Below are positions 61,097 through 64,000 of a stretch of 64,000 nt of DNA, piece after piece. The stretch comes from an uncultured virus (IMG/VR IMGVR_UViG_2541047343_000006). Lineage: Duplodnaviria; Heunggongvirae; Uroviricota; Caudoviricetes. The notes beneath the pieces are model-generated. The model saw nothing but the letters and a program-made list of their open reading frames with translations, had not been told where the DNA came from and ran no database searches. The stretch covers positions 62,001 to 126,000 of the IMG/VR virus record IMGVR_UViG_2541047343_000006, one strand, 5' to 3'. A program made the translations under genes and the position numbers. Numbering within the stretch: the first letter of the stretch is position 1; each line of letters starts with the position of its first letter.

Positions 61097-63022
61097 TTGA
61101 TATTGGATAATTCACCAGCAGATTCATGGATTAGAATTACTGGAGTAATTGTTACTTACAATAACACACTTTACCAAGTAGTAGATAAAGAAACAAATAA
61201 AAAATATATATACTGGGATGCTGATAATCCAGGGACATTAAAAGTTTCTAATGTAAGATTACCAGAAGGAAATACACAATTTTTAGTAGTTGTAAATGAT
61301 AATGGAAAGCATACAGAAGTTCCTACAAACTCATCAATATTCAATATATCTTTTGATGGTAATTCAAGAAAAAATACTGAAGAACAAATCTGGGGATTAT
61401 ATGAAACTGATGAAGAACACAATGAAAAGTTTGTAGTTATTGAAAAAGACATAGATGGGATACATCAGACAGTTTTAGAGGTACAAGAAGATGCATCTCA
61501 TATAAAAGAAAATATGTCTCTTATAGACCAGAGAGCTGAAAATGTAAATATATTAGTAAAAGAAGTTACTAAAAATTTTGGTGGTTCACAAGAAAATATA
61601 ACATTAAGAGAAAACATAAATAAGTCTACAATTAAGTTAAATGCAGATTTAGGTACATTTAGTTCTAATATGTCTAATTATTTTAATGATAATGAGATTA
61701 CAGATGAAGAAAAAGAAAAGATTGATATTGAACTTAATTTATTAGATACAGACAAAGCAAGTTTATATACAGAGCTACAAAAACTTATTGATAGAACTAC
61801 TGGAGTAGACTTAGTAGCAATAAACACTTCAAAAACAGCATTGGATGCAGCAAGTACCAATCTAAACTCTATAATCAATTCAGTTATTTCAGATAGTATA
61901 ATTACACCTTCAGACAGAATTTTAGCTATAAATGCAAATGCTCAATATAACTTAAAGATAAATGAACTTAAAAATACAGTGGATAGAATTTATATAACAG
62001 GTATGGGTGGAAGTATATCAGAGGAATTTTCACAGATAAACGCTACAGCTAAAGAAATAAAATTAGAAGTAGCTAGAGTAGATGGTGTGACTAAAACTAA
62101 TGCTGCTGAAATTAAATTAACCAAAGACGATATAACAATGATGGTTACAAGAAATGGAAGTGGTTCAATTGTAGGAATTAAACCTGATAAAATCGAATTT
62201 GGATTTAATGATATATCAAATTATGTAGAGATAAGCAGGAGTGGTCTAACAGTAAATCAAGGAGCTATAGCATGTGATATATTAACTACTCCACCTGGCC
62301 ATGAACCAATAATCAGATTATTTGGAAGTAGCAGGTCTGGATTTGCAATAGATGCAAGAAGGTCTGATGGTTCTAGTCAAGCATCAGCTATAAGATTAAA
62401 ATATAATAGTAATAATTATTTTTTTGTTGGAGATGGAGGTGCTGCTATATATGTAGATGCGTATGAGAATTATAAATTTGATTTAAATGAAGCAAAATTG
62501 GGAGCTAATAAAATAGAGGTTGGTTCTGATGGAAACACAAGAATGGACTTTTCACGTGGACATTTTAGGTTTTATACATCTGCTGACGAAAGGGCTGACA
62601 ATGGTATTGTTATTTGGAGTGATGGAGCAATATCTTTCATGATTAGAGGAGATGAATGTCACAATTTTGGTAGAAATGGTTCAAAAGTCGGAGGAAGTAT
62701 AGAAATAAATGGTACGAAATTTGGTATGTCTCCAGTTGATAGTCCTAAATTTCTAATTGAAGACGTTTTATTTGATGTAGAAGTTGAAGAAACTGGTACA
62801 ATAATAAAATTAAATAATATCTTTGCTCAGAGTATATTAAATTTTGCAGTATTTAGTTCTAATGCTAATTGCAAGGTTGTTGAAAAAGGAAGTGGCTATT
62901 TTAAAGTAGTTGGACATACAGGTAAATGTGATTTTAGAGTAATAGGTAAAAGAATAGGATACGAACATACATATTACAAAATAATGGGTGGTGAAGAACA
63001 ACATGGCGATTGGAAAGAGTAA
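61097..63022 (+). CDS. Tail fibre / host-specificity protein
   Basis: Coiled-coil stalk with a Gly/beta-rich C terminus ending FRVIGKRIGYE. Confidence 0.65.
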   Translation: MILDNSPADSWIRITGVIVTYNNTLYQVVDKETNKKYIYWDADNPGTLKVSNVRLPEGNTQFLVVVNDNGKHTEVPTNSSIFNISFDGNSRKNTEEQIWGLYETDEEHNEKFVVIEKDIDGIHQTVLEVQEDASHIKENMSLIDQRAENVNILVKEVTKNFGGSQENITLRENINKSTIKLNADLGTFSSNMSNYFNDNEITDEEKEKIDIELNLLDTDKASLYTELQKLIDRTTGVDLVAINTSKTALDAASTNLNSIINSVISDSIITPSDRILAINANAQYNLKINELKNTVDRIYITGMGGSISEEFSQINATAKEIKLEVARVDGVTKTNAAEIKLTKDDITMMVTRNGSGSIVGIKPDKIEFGFNDISNYVEISRSGLTVNQGAIACDILTTPPGHEPIIRLFGSSRSGFAIDARRSDGSSQASAIRLKYNSNNYFFVGDGGAAIYVDAYENYKFDLNEAKLGANKIEVGSDGNTRMDFSRGHFRFYTSADERADNGIVIWSDGAISFMIRGDECHNFGRNGSKVGGSIEINGTKFGMSPVDSPKFLIEDVLFDVEVEETGTIIKLNNIFAQSILNFAVFSSNANCKVVEKGSGYFKVVGHTGKCDFRVIGKRIGYEHTYYKIMGGEEQHGDWKE

Positions 63023-63308
63023 GTTATTAGCAACAGGTCAACAAGTTTATTATTGGAGGATATCAACTGTAAATATATCCTATAGTAATAAAATGGCTCA
63101 GATTAAAGTATCAGGATATATTTCAGAGGAAGCAAGAAGAGAAGGTTTAGATGCTGTTGAATATGAAAATATATCTATTTTAGAAGATAATTTTGATAAC
63201 TATTTTGGAATTAATACACTAGATGCAACAGGTAAAAACCCACTTGAATCAGGATATAATTATTTAAAAGAAAACATAGAAAAATTTAAAGATTCTTTGG
63301 ATATATAA
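63003..63308 (+). CDS. Small tail-associated protein
   Basis: YWRI...Y.YLK...F.D. Confidence 0.55.
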   Translation: MAIGKSKLLATGQQVYYWRISTVNISYSNKMAQIKVSGYISEEARREGLDAVEYENISILEDNFDNYFGINTLDATGKNPLESGYNYLKENIEKFKDSLDI

Positions 63309-63323
63309 AGGAGGATAATAATT

Positions 63324-63485
63324 ATGGAAGTAAACATGCAAAGAGCATATACAATAGCCTTAGAAGAAATAAGAGGATTGCAAAATGAATTAATACTTTA
63401 TAAGGCACTAAATGGACAATTACAAGAAGAGATAAATGAGTTAAGAAAAGAAAAAGTAGAAACTAAACAAAATAAAGAACAATAG
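63324..63485 (+). CDS. 53-aa coiled-coil protein (not in the ORF track)
   Basis: MEVNMQRAYTIALEEIRGLQNELILYKAL...; AGGAGG RBS. Confidence 0.6.
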   Translation: MEVNMQRAYTIALEEIRGLQNELILYKALNGQLQEEINELRKEKVETKQNKEQ

Positions 63486-63496
63486 GATGTGATACT

Positions 63497-64000
63497 TTGA
63501 AAAATTATGAAATAAAGAATCATACCATAGAGGTCGACTTTAGTAATTATAGAATAAACAAAAGATTGCTAGATTATTTTATTTATAATGAAAATGATGT
63601 CAAAACAGCTTATATTGAAGCAATATTGAAAAATAAAGATGAAATAATAGATTTGTCTGAATATGATAGAGTCTTAGTTAGCATTACAAAATCAGACGGA
63701 CAAAAAGTTAATGGCGAATGTGAAGTTGTAGATGCTACTAGTGGTGTTGTAGAGATAGAACTTAGCCGACAAGCACTTGCAAGTGTTGGTATAAATACAT
63801 TCCAACTTTCTCTAGTAAAAGGAAATACTCTTATTAATACTACTAATCTTTATTATCGTGTTGAAGAAGGTATGATTAATGATGATGATTTGACCAGTAC
63901 AGATGAATATGGAGTTTTATTAGTCTTAATATCTCAAGCAGAAGAAATTATAAAGAATAATAAAGAGCTAACTAAAAGAGTTGAACAACTTGAAATAACT
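63497..64000 (+). CDS. BppU-like baseplate upper protein, partial
   Basis: From TTG 63497: YNENDVKTAYI...ITKSDG...VVDATSGVVEIEL..QALASVG. Confidence 0.7.
   Translation, partial: MKNYEIKNHTIEVDFSNYRINKRLLDYFIYNENDVKTAYIEAILKNKDEIIDLSEYDRVLVSITKSDGQKVNGECEVVDATSGVVEIELSRQALASVGINTFQLSLVKGNTLINTTNLYYRVEEGMINDDDLTSTDEYGVLLVLISQAEEIIKNNKELTKRVEQLEIT

Larger units (their letters stand above)
1..64000. mobile_element. Large temperate siphophage / phage-plasmid segment (Clostridia; phiCD211-like inferred)
   Basis: Terminase, portal, capsid, tail tube, tape measure and tail-tip genes, together with ParM partitioning and a plasmid-like origin. No host housekeeping genes. Confidence 0.9.

Noticed and set aside
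1..64000. CRISPR array for the csf genes
   Set aside because: No series of three or more regularly spaced repeats with unique spacers was seen; the 21-, 35- and 39-bp repeats lack array geometry.

Overview
Very AT-rich window from a large temperate siphovirus or phage-plasmid of a Clostridia host. Gene content and toxin types resemble the large Clostridioides difficile phiCD211/phiCDIF1296T-like elements (inferred by eye, not searched). The left arm (1-14 kb, mostly minus strand) holds an array-less type IV-B-like Cas cassette (csf1, cas11-like, csf2, csf3), small early genes, an ardA pseudogene, and XRE, AbrB-like and coiled-coil paralogs. The centre (14-18 kb) holds a recombinase-like inverted-repeat site, an RHH + ParM partition pair, HTH replication initiator genes and an origin with iterons and DnaA boxes. 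The right arm (plus strand) holds HU, an SF2 helicase, tRNA-Ile(UAU), tRNA-Ser(GCU), a coiled-coil gene followed by a structured heptad-repeat ncRNA candidate, and SPbeta-like head and tail genes. A 10-kb accessory island (BRO antirepressors, orphan LytTR, HTH-TPR, type IIG R-M, lipoprotein) interrupts the tail module. The tape-measure gene is split by two tandem group I introns around a 54-nt micro-exon. It is followed by a type I toxin-antitoxin cluster and tail-tip genes. No CRISPR array or integrase is visible.
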